A stretch of DNA of 64,000 bases from Aplysia californica. Lineage: Eukaryota. The DNA lies in contig NW_004797287.1 in NCBI RefSeq assembly GCF_000002075.1, positions 384,792-448,791 of the forward strand. Reading direction: 5' to 3'. Position 1 is the first letter of the stretch. Each line of letters starts with the position of its first letter. Made by a program: the position numbers and the translations under genes. The notes beneath the pieces were generated by a model, which was not told where the DNA came from, searched no databases, and worked only from the letters and a program-made list of their open reading frames with translations. This document shows, piece after piece, positions 38,801-53,800 of the stretch.

Positions 38801-41800
38801 GTTTAGAGTGACAGGCAGGCCAGAGGTTCATTCCAATGGCTTCCACATCTGCTTCGATGTCCACAGTGGACCTATGGGCTACATCTTGCCACATTGGATT
38901 GAAAGCTCAGACTTGGATGAAAAGTAGGTTAATTATTCCTTCTTGTTAGATATACAGGTGGTTGAGGGCCTCTCCATTGTGGTCTGCTCTGTCTGCTTCA
39001 AAGAAACAGCGAAAGAAACACGTTTCCTAACATCTGCAATAAGGCTGCATTTGAAATAAACATTAATGTGTATTGCTGTTGAGTTTTTGTTTTTACACAT
39101 AAAATTTGTTTTTCTAACTTTCAAGGTCTGTAATAAATTCCTGCATGTGGTTTGAAAGATGCGTCTTATGTGATATGTTGTATTATTGTCAGCTTTATTT
39201 TTTTTCTTCATGTTGAATATTTATAAAAATAATATAGGCCTACTATATAAATTCTATGTATATCTACACGTTTCTTAATTTTACCATTCCTGTACAGCAA
39301 CGGAGAAATTTCCCTTTGGAACAATAAAGTATCATCTTATTCTATCTTTTTATTGTTACTGTTGTGTTAATATGTTCCTGGGAAAATGTGGCCATTATGC
39401 TGCTGGCTCACTGTAGTAATTGACTTCTCAATTTGACTCTGCTTTATGGCTTATCAGACTTGGGGGTTGGGGGGTGGCTGAGCTTATTTGTTTATCGGAA
39501 GTATTATAGAGAAACTTAAACATTTGCCTTTGAGAAATAAACAAGCCACAAGTGACCAGTTGTGTATTATAATTTAATTGATTTGCTTGGGAAATGGGCA
39601 CAGATAGAGTATGGTCATTGTGTAAAGGAAACCGGCTTTGGGGGATGAGAGAAGTGATGGTATTATTGGAAAGGATAGACAATAGTTGTGTTGCCATTTT
39701 GTCTGTGAATGTTTTAGTATGATGAGATTTTGAAAAGACTCTTTTGTGTGTGATAGCTGGCTGGTGCACTTTAAAATATCTGAATAGCAACATGGTTTGT
39801 GTACGACAATAATGTATAACGATAATTTTGTGTATAACAATAATTTTTGTTACTGTTCTTGTGTGATGTGATATAGATGGCAAACGCACATTATTCTTCC
39901 GTGGACCGAAGAGATCAAACAGCATATCCGCTCCCACGCCGCCCGCTTCAATGACATCCAGCCCACACTGCTCCTCTTCCTGCACAGACTTAAAGAGGTC
40001 ACCATAAAAAATGAGGTACTGTCTCAGTTCCCATTACTTACACCGCTGTTGCACCACACACATGTATGTGTTAAACTTCAGTCGAACCTGCTCTAATGGT
40101 CACCTATATAAGACAATCACCTGTACAAATGACGGCTTCTGATTTCTTCCCATTGGTATTTTTTACATGATTATTATGACACTGTGTAAGACGACCACCT
40201 GTGTAATATGAACACTTTTCTCCTTGACAATTGGTGGCCGTCTTAGACAGTTTTGACTGTACTCTCTCAATTTGATGCTCTAGGCACACTGTTCACACAT
40301 ATGTATTTATTTCCCTATGCATATAAATGTATTCTAATTGCTGCACATGTAGATGTATTTTGTTCCATGCACACTTAAATGTATTAAGCACCCTGCACAC
40401 TTGTCTGTGATGTAGATTGCTACACTTGATAATGCTCTAGGCCAGGCATAGACAAACTAAGTCCTGAAGGCCAGACAGGCCCACGAGCAGTTTCAGTTTG
40501 GCCCGCGAGTCGACCCAATAATTAATCATGACTATGACCTGCTGTGAGATGAGGGACATAATGTCAATTTTTGTCAAATTCTAAAGAATGAGACAAGGGA
40601 AAAAGACTCATTTGAAAAAATTGTGACTATCTGGGTTTTTCCACTAGTCTTCACTTGTCTTTTGACAGCAGTAGACTTTATTTCTTTCATAGCTGCCTAG
40701 GGCGTAACAGTTAGGTTCTCTTTGTTGTTGCGTGCAAAAGATGTGAGTTTGATTCCTGCTTGGGGAATTTAAAAAATAAAGGGGGTATCTAAGTCTTTCT
40801 GCTATATTGTTGTGTATTTATCTGCACTGGCTGGGCCTGAAGGGCCAGATTGAAGCAGCCAGCCTTTAAACGATCTAAATTGTGTCGATGGTGAGGTAAA
40901 ACATCTACAGTTAGAATTCTTAAATGTTTATTTCCCTTTTCTTTATGCTGCTTTATTCAGGTTGAGGGCAGTGAACTCCACATGGTGCGAAGAGACCTGG
41001 AGGATGGGGAGGTTCAGATCCGACACGAGGACATCACTGACCGCTGGCTGGTCCTCAGGAAGATCCTTGATGCCTCGTCCATCTCCTTACAGGTGCTGTG
41101 TCAGCACCCGACTTCTGTTGTTGTTGTTTCTTCTCCTCCTCCTCCTCCTCCTCCCCCTCCTCCTCCCCCTCCTCCTCCCCCTCCTTGATGCAGTAATAAG
41201 AATAGTGATAGTAATAGTTATAACGATGAGAGATTGCCTTTATAAAGCCCACATCCCAAGTTGAAGTTAGCTTTATGTATTTTTGACATTTTGTTATTAC
41301 CCTAACAAATGTTATAGTGATCCAAAATATGTCATATTTCAACTCTCAGTGTGACATTCTTGACTGTACAACTGTATGGTATAACTATATTTCTGCTTTA
41401 TTCAAGGCCAAGTCTGGAGTCAATGTAGAGTCGACGGAAATAGCTCTGGCTTTCCCATTGAAGGACATGAACCAGGTGCCCCAAGGACAGGTAACTCCAT
41501 GATTCTTTCTTCTTCTCCTCAATTGCATCATGCTTGAAATCCGGTATCTATCATTAGGTACCGCAAACTGGCCGCGTGCCCCTGGCGCACTGTCACGGAG
41601 ACCAAAACCCATATTTTTATCCTCCTAAAACACTGTGTGATCATGCATACACACAGACACTTGATATATCAGAAGAAAGAGGAGCTTTTCCTCTTTTTAG
41701 TGGTATTATTTATTTGAATCAACGATTCTTTTGAAAGCAAAATCTTGCGGGATAAAAGACAACACTATCGAGGTTTTCACCGCAGCGGCCGCGCGTTTCG

Positions 41801-44800
41801 TGTATTGATTTTTAGAGTGACCTCGGTTGAATAGGAACGGGGAGCTTATGGTATTAAATACTGCAATCTGATTCGTCGATATTTCAAGATGAGAAGACGC
41901 TCTTTCCGGTGATATATTTTTAAAGACTTCTTAAAGAATTGATAGAAGAGATTTGCGTGTGAAAACTTTCGGTGCTGTTTTTTTTATGGAACCCGTGATT
42001 GGACTGACTACGAAAATATATCGACAGAAAGCCCATTCATTCCTCTTCAAGAATAACACAGCCATTATATGCAAATAAACACAGGACGCTCCCCGTCGGC
42101 TCGCAAGCAGGGCACCATCACCCCGGTTTCGTATAAATTTTCTCTCCTTCCCTACAGCGCGGCCCGGCGTGCAGCCGATAAGCCGGTGGTCGTGAGTGGT
42201 GATTTTAACCTCCCCTTGTATTTCTTGCCATTTTGGCCAAAAAGCCATGTTTACGTCAATAAATTTCCATCTTCTGGTTATTTGATAGCCCTGAAAAAAA
42301 TTGAGCTTGTTCTCTATGTGCAAAGGTGTGTGTCTACAAGTTTTTGTGAATGTCCAATCAAATTTATGAACGTTGTGACATCTCAAAGTGTAGACAATTT
42401 GCAATTAAAAAACTAACATTTTTCTGCAACTTCAGATGTTCATCACTTTGTTAAAAATGAAGCTGTATTATTAAATTTGGTATCAAAATGCTCAGAATGA
42501 TAAATTCTATAAGATAGTGCAGTTAACTGTGAAACCAGAGGACTTTGAAATTTCAGTTTGTGGTACCTACTACCATATAGTGAAAATGAAATAAAAATAA
42601 CAGAAATGTGATTTCTTAGGAGACTGATGAGAATATCTGAAAAGGAAAAGAAATCAAATGAGGTAGTACTTGATGAAGCCCATGTGGGACGCTCACTGAT
42701 AAAAACAATCAAGAAAAGACAAAAGACAAATGCAGTTTTGGGAATACCTGAATAGACATACAGGTCTTGAACATCTAGCTGTCACTGGTATAACTGAAGG
42801 CGAACGAGGCATTGATAGGCCCAGAGCAACCCACTTAAAAACCTAAACAGATGGATAACGGGGAAAGATCAGGGTAACGTAGCTTTTTATAAGAGCATCT
42901 GAGCAAAGGAATGAATGTAGAGCCATGATCGCTGATATCTACCACAGATCTGGCACTTGATGATGATGATCATATAGTGGGCTATCATGATCAGTTCTGC
43001 TGTTTGCCCATCTAGCTTCTCCTGTAGTGTCGATGGGGTTGGTCATATTTCCTGACTCGGGGTGCTGTGTGTACTGCACTGCTGGAGGATGTGTTCCACA
43101 TTTTTGACCGCCTTGCCACACTGGCATTTTGGTTGCTGTACTAGTTTGAAACATCTGTACATGTGTTGTCTGAGTCTTGTGTTTTTAGTCTAAAGATAAA
43201 TACTGGGCAGGACAACTCATGGTTGTTATATGGTGTTCGTGGTGCTTTAAATTATGTTTTTATGAGTTTTCATTTCTATGTAGTTAATACTGTTATCTGG
43301 TTGCTCTTTCTGAGCACCCAGTATTGCCATCCTGTTGGCCTGTTTGTTCCTTAGACACCACAGTGTGAAGGGACTCACTATAGCATGATCCTGAGGCATG
43401 GGACACCCTCCATTGCCTCTTGCAGCCTTGGATGTTCATCAGCAGTGACTGCCTGCAGTACTGGCTTTGCATATGTCAGAAAAACTGTTTGGCTTTGGGG
43501 GTCTGCCAAGTCCCTGATGATGTTTGTCGTGTAACTCCATCAGCAATTTGATATTTTGTCAATCAAAAGATCTGGTCTGTGTTGCCCTCCTCATGTATAC
43601 TCAGTTGTTTTTAAATATTGTCGCTAAATGATGTGTTGATGTTGAATAAAAAAATTAGTACTCACTGAGGACAACTTTTACTCAACACATAGGTTCTTTG
43701 GAAATTAAATGTGAGAAACTGAAGGGTATTTTAAATATAAGACTGCATATGGACTGGCAATCATGCAAGTGGGTGAGAGCATGTGAATGCTGAAAGACGC
43801 AGTGGAGTTTCGTCTTCTTTTACATTCAATCCTTGTTATGCTGGCTGCTTTTCCACCAAATGCCTTTCAGAGAGAGAGAGTAGAAATTTGAATAGAATGG
43901 GTTTTTTCTTTCTTATGATGTTCATATATTTCAAAAAATTTTCAAAATTGTAATTTGTTTTTTCTTTTGTTCCTCAGAAATCCTTGAGCAAACTGCCTGT
44001 TTTTGCATTCCTGCCCTTGAGATCTTATGGTTTCAGGTTCATAGTTCAAGGTAAGATGTTTGCTACTGCTTAGGATAATTTTGAGCACCCCTGAATTGTT
44101 CACACATATCTTATTATATTGTCTACCTGTCCCTACATTTGGCTTCCTTATAAATGGAGTATATAGTGGCGTCAGTGGACTAGTAGTCAGGCTGTTGGGA
44201 CTCCCAACTGAAAGGTCGTGGGTTTAAATGTTGTAAGGGGCCCACACGAATTACACTCAACCCTCCCAGTTGAAAATGGATATTTCTCTATAGATAGCGA
44301 AAGATCTTGTCTATTCATTTGTATTTAAGCACTTAATTGGCTACCGGTACTTACTTTGTATGCTTCCCAGGAAACCGAGAATGTTTCTGAGTGTTTTAGC
44401 TTCTGCTGGGGTAATGATAGTTGTAAAGTGCAGAGAGAATGCTGTAGAACATGCTGTAAAGCATGAATATATACCATAGAAATTCAATTATTATTAGTTT
44501 TATAATAGACCAGCAGGAGCTGCAAACCTTCCTATTTTGTTATTGCTTCTTTTAGCTTCTTTGATCAGATAGATGTACATGTGTACGATTTGCTTTGATG
44601 TGTTTTTCTCCTTCTTCTGTCTTTCCTTCTTTCTCCATCATTTCTCTTGTTCGGGGCCTTGTGCTCCTCCTTGGAAATGTCCTATTTTTGTCAAGGTGAG
44701 TCTTACATTTTTGTGTAAGATAAATAAACAGAGAACTTCCACCAACCTCCTGTAGGTGACTTTGACGTCCCATCCAGTCGGGAAGATGTGGACAGGGACA

Positions 44801-47800
44801 GCTCCTGGAACCAGTGGCTGCGGAACGAGATACCAGCTCTGTTTGTGGAAGCTCTTGACAGCTTCAAGGTGGGTGCAGGTCATTTTGTGCCCACTACTTA
44901 CAACAGGGCGCCGCACAGTGGCGACCAGCAACGGCATGGTTGTGAATTTGTTCTGTATTGGTGTAATGTTGTGTATTTAATTTATATATGTATATGTGTA
45001 TATATTTATCTAACTATGTATTTACAATTATAATGTATTTATGTATGTGTAAGTATGTTTGTCATTGTTAGCCAAATTGCCCCTCTGGGATCAATGAAAA
45101 TAATGTGTTTATTATTTATTTATTATTATCATGATACAAATTGGAGTCCTTGATAGAATGTTGGAAATTCAATTGATTCTTAAAGATATTTAGTAAGTCC
45201 TAACCCTGAATGCTAAATAAATCTTTGGAAATGTTACGATAAGAATAATGTAGCATAAATGCCTGCCTCGATAAAAAAAATATAAAAGTTGTTGTGTGGG
45301 TGGTTGGCTGGTGCTCTCATGCGGTTTGCTCCTTCTTTCCTATTGAAACATCTATCGTTCATTCTTCTTTTTAAAAATATTTTTAGTTTGTAACTTTCTT
45401 TAAAGACCTTTCATCTTTGGCATTTATATTACCAAATTATGTTGCAAGTGCTGTAAAACTCAAACTAAAAGTAAAATAAATCATTGTTGTCACTTTTATT
45501 TGGCAGCTGCGACAAGATCTGAGCCCAGTTGAGGCGTTGTGCCTGTACCTTCAGTTCATCCCCCTGGAGGGAGAGGTGATGGGATTCTTCACCCCAGTGG
45601 CTCCACACATCCTCACTCTCCTCAAAGACAAGAACTGCATACCTGTCATGGGCACTGACAAGAAAGGTATGGAAAAACTCATTTTGTACTTAGTTAAAGT
45701 TGTCCCTTTTTCAAAATTTCTAGGATTTAGGCATCTTTTCTTTTCTTTCTTTTTCTTAACTGTTCTTTTCTTCTGTGGATATAGCCAAATGGCTGTAATA
45801 AAAATAATAATTATTATGGATATGATAATTATTGTTATTGTTAGTGTTATTATTTTTGTTGTCAGGTATGCATTGTTTCAGATTCTTTAAAAAAATGTTG
45901 ATTTGTTTTGACTCAATGTTTCTATAAGACTGTTGACTACTCCTTTGCAATGTTTAAAAAAACCCGAAATCCACTTAAACCTACTCTATGGACCGCCTAA
46001 GACTGTCACCTGTACAAATGACCACTAGCCTATTTTTCTTTATCATAATGACATTGTCCAAGACAACCACCTGTCTTAGATAACCTCTTTTCTCCTCGAC
46101 AATGAGTGGCCGTCTTGTCTGGGACTACTTTGATGGTAGTTCATCAAATGTTTTGTGTCTCTGTCCCCCACAAGGAGCAGTGGGTGGTTGGCAGGTGCTC
46201 TAGTGTGGTTTGCTTCCTCTTCCTAATCAAACATCTATCATCCTTATCTCACCTCTTTTCTTTTTTTTGGTTCTTTCTCGCTTGTAACACCTCTAATCTT
46301 CGGCTCCCCCCCAGGGCAGTGCCACTGACTGAAGTGTCTTTAGACCGTTCCCGAAGGGGGGATATTGACATGTTTGTATGCACAGTAGAACTGTACATGG
46401 GCTGACTTATCAATGTTATGCTCATACTGTGCCGAAACAACATTGGGGGAACTGCTGCTTATGTCTTAATCATCCTTATACCGTCATTTTTTTCTCTATT
46501 TCTTTTGTATGTTTGTCACCCTCTTGTGAACTGCTATTTTCGGGATGCCTTGATAGTCGAAGCAGACTTTGCGCTGTTGAAGCTAGAGAGGTTAGCAGAG
46601 AAAGCCTGATTTCCTGTTTGGACTTCTCTGTTGATATCCACCACTTGGCGCTCATGACCTTGTGCTGTTGCGAGCACCGTAAAAACTTTACTAAAAGTGA
46701 TTAATTTTCGGCACTCATATGACCTGACTGTGTTGCAAGTGCAGTAAAATACAGCTCTTACTAAAAAATAAAACCCTCAGGGAGCGTCCAGTGGAAGAAG
46801 CCGTCACAGACCATCATCTGCCAGGACTCGCTGGTGCGGGAGATTGTCTCCCCTGAACTGTTGCAGCACCAGCTGGGCTTGTTCTACATCCACCAAGACG
46901 TGCTGGGCGCCCTGAACGAGGCGCTGACCCGCGCCCTTGGGGTCTCCTCCATCACCGTGGAGCGCTTGCTACACATTGGGCGCTTCAATGGGCTCAACTG
47001 GGACAATTCTGGAAATCCAGGTGAGCACTGAGCTGTTTCAATTTATGGGCCTCAGTTGTAGAGCCTTGTTGGGTCTTTTCGAGGACTTTAGCAGAAGTTA
47101 TATTGGACAGCCGTCTGGTGAGCGGTTCGGGGCTCCGCCATCGCACATATGAGACTTGAGTTTAATTCCTGAATAGGTATATTTTTGTTGAGCATCTTGG
47201 CTCTCTGCTGGGATGTTACGTATCTCTAAGCCCAGGCTGGCTCTGACAGGCTGGGTTAAAGTCTGCTTCTTAATGATCTAAACTATGTTGATGGGAATAT
47301 AAAAAAGTACCTACATTAAAAAAACAATATTGAAAATAAAACAACAACGACATATTAGTAAGTGACTGAGCTGTTAGAAGGGAAGCATATTTCTTAGATG
47401 AACCTGTTGAACATAGTCAGATCTGATCAAGAGATGGGTCAGGAAATGGCACTAGTCAGTGCTCAACCTGTCGATAAGGCCATTGCTTTGCTTCTTCCAA
47501 TTTGATCACATTTTTTGTTAGCTCACAAGTATCTGACCACGAATGTTATGTGATATGTAGTGGCCTTCTGATTGGTTGATGGCTATAATGTGATACGTTC
47601 TGATTGGTTGTTGGTTAAAATATGATACGTTTTGATTAGTTGTTGGCTATAATATGATACGTTCTGATTGGTTGTTTGGCACAGTTTTCATCAAATGCAC
47701 CTGAACATGACTGAGGAAAGCAAAAATATGTTTGATTTCAGAGGATCCAACTGGATTGTGCCAAAGTGTTTAGCTTTAGCTCCTCCATTAAGTAGTATTC

Positions 47801-50800
47801 CTTTATTCTAATGCAGATCGTGTGATGGACATTTCAAAGTGGCTGGCCTGTATCTATCGTAGCATGGATGACTTCCAGGACAACACAGCAACTCTGAACA
47901 CACTACGAAGTCTCAAGTTAGTTTGTTGATTGTATTTTTGTTGGTGAACCTGGCAACGTTATTCTTGCTGAGGGTTTGTTGGTGATGCCTTTTGCGAAAG
48001 ACCGACTTTATGTATCATTGAATAGGTTTTAAACTCTACTGTTTGACTCAATGCTTATGTGTAACATTTGTAAAAGCTGGTGACATGTGTATAAGCTGGT
48101 GAATTTTGTAGGCATATGTGTTTATTACCAACCTTTTGAATGTTCGAAATGTGGCAAATTTTTCTCTGCTAAAATTTGGTCTCATCAGCCATAGCAGAAG
48201 CCACGAGGCATCGTAACCTTTAATTCTTCTGATTCTTCTGTTTCGCTGGAGAAATGTTCTCCTCTGCAGTTTTATTGGTCATTGTTAGACATTGATGAAT
48301 GAACTATTATTATTACTGTTATAGTTACTAACCTACTTTTCATGTGCACTGACTCAAGGACAAGATTTTTTAAAGATCTGTAAAGTTATATTATTAACAA
48401 TTTACTATGAAACATTGGCGTGCTGAAGGACTTTATACTGTAGCTAACTTGGTAAAGGATGTAATGGCATTTTATTTTATTAATTTTAGTCTTGTCAGGT
48501 AAATTTGGAAGCCTATAACAGTATTTTGAAATACAGCGAAAAGTGTGTCGACATTAAGTCATAAAAGTAATGATAGTTGCAGATTTATAGCTCTTATCCA
48601 TGCTCTTCAACATGCTATGTGCGCTGTACAACTATTATGCAATCGCTGTCTGAGGGATGGTTTGAGTATCAGTTAAGATAAAGTGATTTTGTCATTTCCC
48701 TGCCTTCATCTTATCAAAGATAATCAAGTTCTATTTGTATCATACTTTCCTGTGTTGTTCTTGAAATCGGGTCAATAATGATAATAATAGAGTGCATTTA
48801 TATTGGCCATTTTTATCATGCTGAGATTCTCAATGTGCATCACAGTAAAAAGGTCACATGTACAGCAAATGCATGCACAATCGAGAAAGAATGAAAATAA
48901 AAAAGCTCTGTTAAAAAAATTTCACATCACTGGACATACTTGTACTTTAATAAAAATCTACTCTAACAGATAACAATAAACATATATGGGAAGTTTTGAA
49001 GTTCCATTTTGAGACTGCTCCAAATTATTGAAATGCAGACTTCTTGCTTGTTAAACAGTCATAGTGTTTATAGAGTGGCATTATAACCATATTCTGCCAT
49101 GAGACAATCCATATGGTTTTTAAAGATTAAAAAATTAAAAACGTCTGCCTTAACCTTGTGTGTCTCTTTACAGTAACCATGATGAAGGAAAATACTGAAA
49201 TGTTTTTGAAAAAAGTTCTCAGGTGTTCTTGACAAATACTTGAATAAGAATAAAATTTTCCACTTTTTCATCTCTCAAAAAATTAAGGAAAGTCAGATGT
49301 TTAACTACCAGTGGCCACAAATATGTGTGCTTTTCCTTTTGGACTATAATCATAGATAGCGAAAGATCTTGTCAGTTTGTTAATGTTTGATCGCCTAATG
49401 AGCTGCTTGCACTGCATGCTTCCCCAAAATTTTTTGAGTATTCTACGGTATGCTGGGGTAATAATAGTATAGTGTAAAGAGCATAGAGCAAGCTTTCGAG
49501 TGGGGGTATGCACTGTGCAAATGCTGTTTATCATTATTATTATTGTTATAATTTTTTCTATTATTGTTATTGATATTATTATTCCTTGACAAAAAATGGT
49601 ATCTTTGATATGTTAAGCTCACTTTTTTACAACTAGAATCATCCCACTGTCGGCCGGCAACCTGGTGTCACTAGACGATGTCACTGTGTTCTTATTGACC
49701 GATGGTCAGGGCCAGACAGCATCAAGCCGAGACAGACGGTCAAAGCAGGCAAATGCTAGAGGTTTGTTTCGAAAATACTTTGAACGGTTAAGCCAAAGTA
49801 TTTTCTTTTTTCTTTTTACTATAACTAATGAATGAGACTTGCCTTTTACTTACTTAGGGATGGAGAGATTTGTGAAAAGAAGTGGGTGTTTGAGTAGCTT
49901 TTTAAAGAATGTTACAAAGTTAGGATGGAGAGATTGTGAAAGGAAATGTGTGTATGAGTAGCTTTTAAAAGAACTTTACTAAGTTAGAAGCCCTGCCCCT
50001 TTCATGTCATAGTGTGAAAAACTTTGTAATGCTGTGGCAAGATGATGAAAATGTAGTAAAACTTTTAATGATAGTTTTGTTGTATGAGGCTGGTCAGGTT
50101 GATGACTGTTGTTTTAATCCATGTTTTTAAAAAATTCAGACATCGTTTACCATAATTGTCTTCTCTTTGGGTAATCTTTTGACTCTTAGATCCCTTGCTT
50201 GAGCTGAAGAAAGATTTGAACCTAGTCCACGGAGCGCTCACCTCTACTCCAGATGCTGAAGTGAACTCTCAGGTTGTGAAACTTCTACTCAAGATGGATA
50301 TCAAGCAGCTGACCCCTCAAGACCTGATCCATAGCCACATCATGCCTGTGCTCACCTCGGATGGCTGGAAGGTAGAGTGGGCAGGGGTCTTCATGCAATC
50401 AGGTTTCTTTTGAAGGGTGTGAAGGAAGGATGGAAATTAACAGGCAGCCTCTCTTTGATACTCTTTTTAAATTGAAAGTGTCTTTTTGAGGTGGAGAAAG
50501 TGTTTGGAATTTGAAGAAAAGAAAAAAAAATTGTGTTTGATAATGTTTTTATCTTTTCAATTTTTTTTTCTATCTACTCTTATGCCAGTGATTCAGCAGA
50601 AGATTGTCGCAATCTGGCCTACATATCCTTTCTTTAAAAGAATTTAGGATGTCTTGATTTGGTTTTGTGGCCCCAAAGGAATTACAAATGTAAGAGTATT
50701 CATGCTTTAGCAGAAACCTACAGGTTCCATTTTGTAATTTATTAAAATGTCTTTAGAGCAGGCGTTGCTGAACCTGCTGCAGTAACACTGATGCGACCTG

Positions 50801-53800
50801 CTAGAGGTCTCTGGATATGAAGTATAAATACGAAGGTGGAAAATACTTGAAATATTATTTATTTTTGTTTAATTGAGAAATATAAGGAAAAGGTAATTGT
50901 TACATTTGTAGAGTACAGTAGTACTGATCATATTGTGCTGTAAGCTGACATAAAAGAGGGGCGTGAACATTACTGCCTTTTAGTATTTTGTGAAGTTGGA
51001 GATGGAAATAATTATCACCTTTGACAAAATTTCCCACTCCCCCCCCCCCCCCCCCCCCCCCCCAACCCTCAGGAGAAAAGCCGCGACGTCCTGATCAGCT
51101 ACCTGGTGTACATCAAAGGTGAGCGTGAGCAGAATGCGTCTGTCATTGATATGGCTGAGCTGCGACCTGTGGCGCGACTGGCCACCAACCATGGGATCAA
51201 GAACCCTGTGGAAGATGATGTCCACTTCTCTCAGCCGTTTGGCAATGTTACCAATCTCAAGCACTTGTTTCCTGGTAAGTAAAATTGATGATATTAATAA
51301 TAATAATTTCCTTCATATAGTGCTTGTTCTTGTTCTTCAGCATGCTCTATGTGCTTTACAAATGTTACAAGAAAGTCACTTCCAGTTACTTGCGCTCAGT
51401 TGTGTTCACTGTGGCGTAAATGTATAGTTCTGACGATTCTCTTATTGGATAATCCTATAGGCATTGACTGGACCTTGGTGGACAGCGCCTATTTGCCGAG
51501 CACCCACACCCGAACAGACGTCATCAGCTGGCATGACTTCCTGTCTCAGCTGGGAGTGGTGGACTTCCTGCGTGTGAAGAGGGTGGAGCTAAGTCTGGAT
51601 AAAAGCAGCATTGTGAGTGTCTTTGTGAATTTTGCTTTTGAAAGGCATTTTGGGATTTAAGGTGGTATTTTTCTTTAAAATTACTAATAAGAGTGAAAGT
51701 AAAAGATGTCGTAGCCATGCTTGGGGTTGTGAAGTGAAAGTGGTCACATGAAATAAGATAGTGGCGATATTTTTATTGAAAGCAATGTCACTTTTGTTTT
51801 TCAAGAGGAAAAAAGAGTTTGGGTGGATTCTGGAATTTATTGAGCTCTAAATTGTATTGTGGATGATTTTTCAAAGTAAACACACGCACAGCCCAGTAGA
51901 ACTGCACATGGCTATTACGATGAGCTCAAAATAAATGGTTTTTAATCTGTGCTTTCCTTCTACTGTGACTACAATGATGGTGAATGATTCTCACTCCAAT
52001 GAATGCCAATGGGGTTTAGGTTTTTCTCTTGAGACAATGGAATGTTGCTCTTGGGAAGTTTGGTTTTGTTTATCCATTTCATGAGGGCAACATCAATTTG
52101 ACTTGTATTGTACACTTTCTCTCGGAAAAGTAAGTGAAAATGGCAACTGAATAAATATGTACATATATTGTAGTATCACCCTTTCGCTACTTCTCAACTT
52201 TGTTTCTCTGAAGGTTGATTCATATTTTCCCTGCGGTTCATCACAGAATAATATACCCCCTCCTTAAAAAAAACTGTGGTCAAGAGAATGCAGTTAATCT
52301 CCAACATCTACAGTACACCTCTTCCCTGGTATATATATATCGCTTTAGAGGCCAGAAAAGATGAAAGAAAACTATGTGAAGGATACAACAATTCCTGCCA
52401 ACCTTGCCTATGGTTCCAATATGAAGTCAGATTATCCTTTGAGGGGGACCTTTGTCATGTTGTAGATTAACTCTTTAAACCCTGAGTTTTTTCCACCATT
52501 TCCCAGTTTTTTCTATAGTCACCTGAACCTGGTGCATTATGTCTCATTATAAGCCCAAAAGCTTGCCACAAACTTGTAAATGGCGGAAACAAAGGTCTAG
52601 TCTACTAAAAAATGAGCGTCGGATGGGGAACAGGGTTATTACTGTAGGACGCTCCCAGGGTCTGATGGGGTTTAAAGAGTTAATGTACTTGGTAAAGCAT
52701 TATTGTCTCTTTCAGTGCACAGCTTTGGGAGAGAGGGAGGGATCCTGCTGTCCATGTGCACAACTGCGTATAATTTCTTTTGGTTGGTAAACTTGTCTTT
52801 AATTGTGACTGTCTGTTAGCTTTTTCTAGAAGAATGTCACATGTGTGAATAATAAAGTTTATTCTGTTGTATTTTATCACCAGGATGAAAGTGTCTGGGC
52901 TCCTTACAAAGACATCTGGCCAGACTCACCAGATGGATACACTATCGTAGATTTTCAGTGTGAAGAATTTCACCGACTGGCCACCGCCAACAATGTGCAA
53001 GGAGAGTTGTACAGTCAGATGGTGGCTCTTTTTGAGCAGTTGGACAAGGAGTGGAACAGTTTGTACAGCCGCTTTGTCAGCACACAGCTCAAGTCTGCCT
53101 CTGGCCATGTGCTGAAAGAGACCATTGATGTGAGTAGAAAGCTTGGTTCTGTGTTGTAGTTGTTGAAGCTGTTAAAATATTGTCGATGTAGAGGAGGAAG
53201 GTATCACAATATTTGTTGACAAGATCTTTCGCTGTCAATAGCCGGATACCCACTCTGACCTGGGTGAAGTGAAGAAAATTCGTGTAAAGTGTCTTTCCCG
53301 AGAACACAACTTCGGGTCCCTGACGGGATTCATACCCACGACCTTGAGAATCCCAGAGCCTAACCACTGGTAACTCTACTCTTTGGCTCTTGTATGACCC
53401 TATTGTGTTGCAAGTGCTGTGAAACTCTCTGAAACTTAATTAGATGTTTCTTAAAGTGAGACTTTTCTCTCTTTTTATGTCATCTCAATTCCCCAGACTT
53501 CATTCTCAATCCTCCTGCGGTCTCTAGCCTGGCTTCCAGCCTCTTGCACATCCATATCGGTGGAACCTGCGAGTGGGAGGGTCATCCCCCCTGACCAGGA
53601 GGCCCTGCACCAGGCAGCAGAGTTGTACGTCTGCAGCAGAGAGATCACGAAACTGCTGGCTCACACTGTCAAGTACCTCAAAGTGCAGCCGCTGAGGAAC
53701 AGTACTTTCTCCAGCTTTTTGAAGGTTTGGACCGGTGTTGCCTCTACATGTTTTTATCTTTGTCCAAGCGACATGTTTCAGTAGAGATAAATCAGTTTTA

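Noticed and set aside
39428-39985. 185-aa minus-strand ORF, and other minus ORFs overlapping exons
   Set aside because: Antisense shadows of real exons with no recognisable motifs
33376-40015. Calling the gene sacsin, MORC or HSP90
   Set aside because: It has a single ATPase module in a highly intron-split gene, and the flanking motifs match NO VEIN
51039-51063. Poly-C/poly-G runs (also about 20686 and 54825) as G-quadruplex elements
   Set aside because: Such runs are common throughout this sequence; no specific evidence of function
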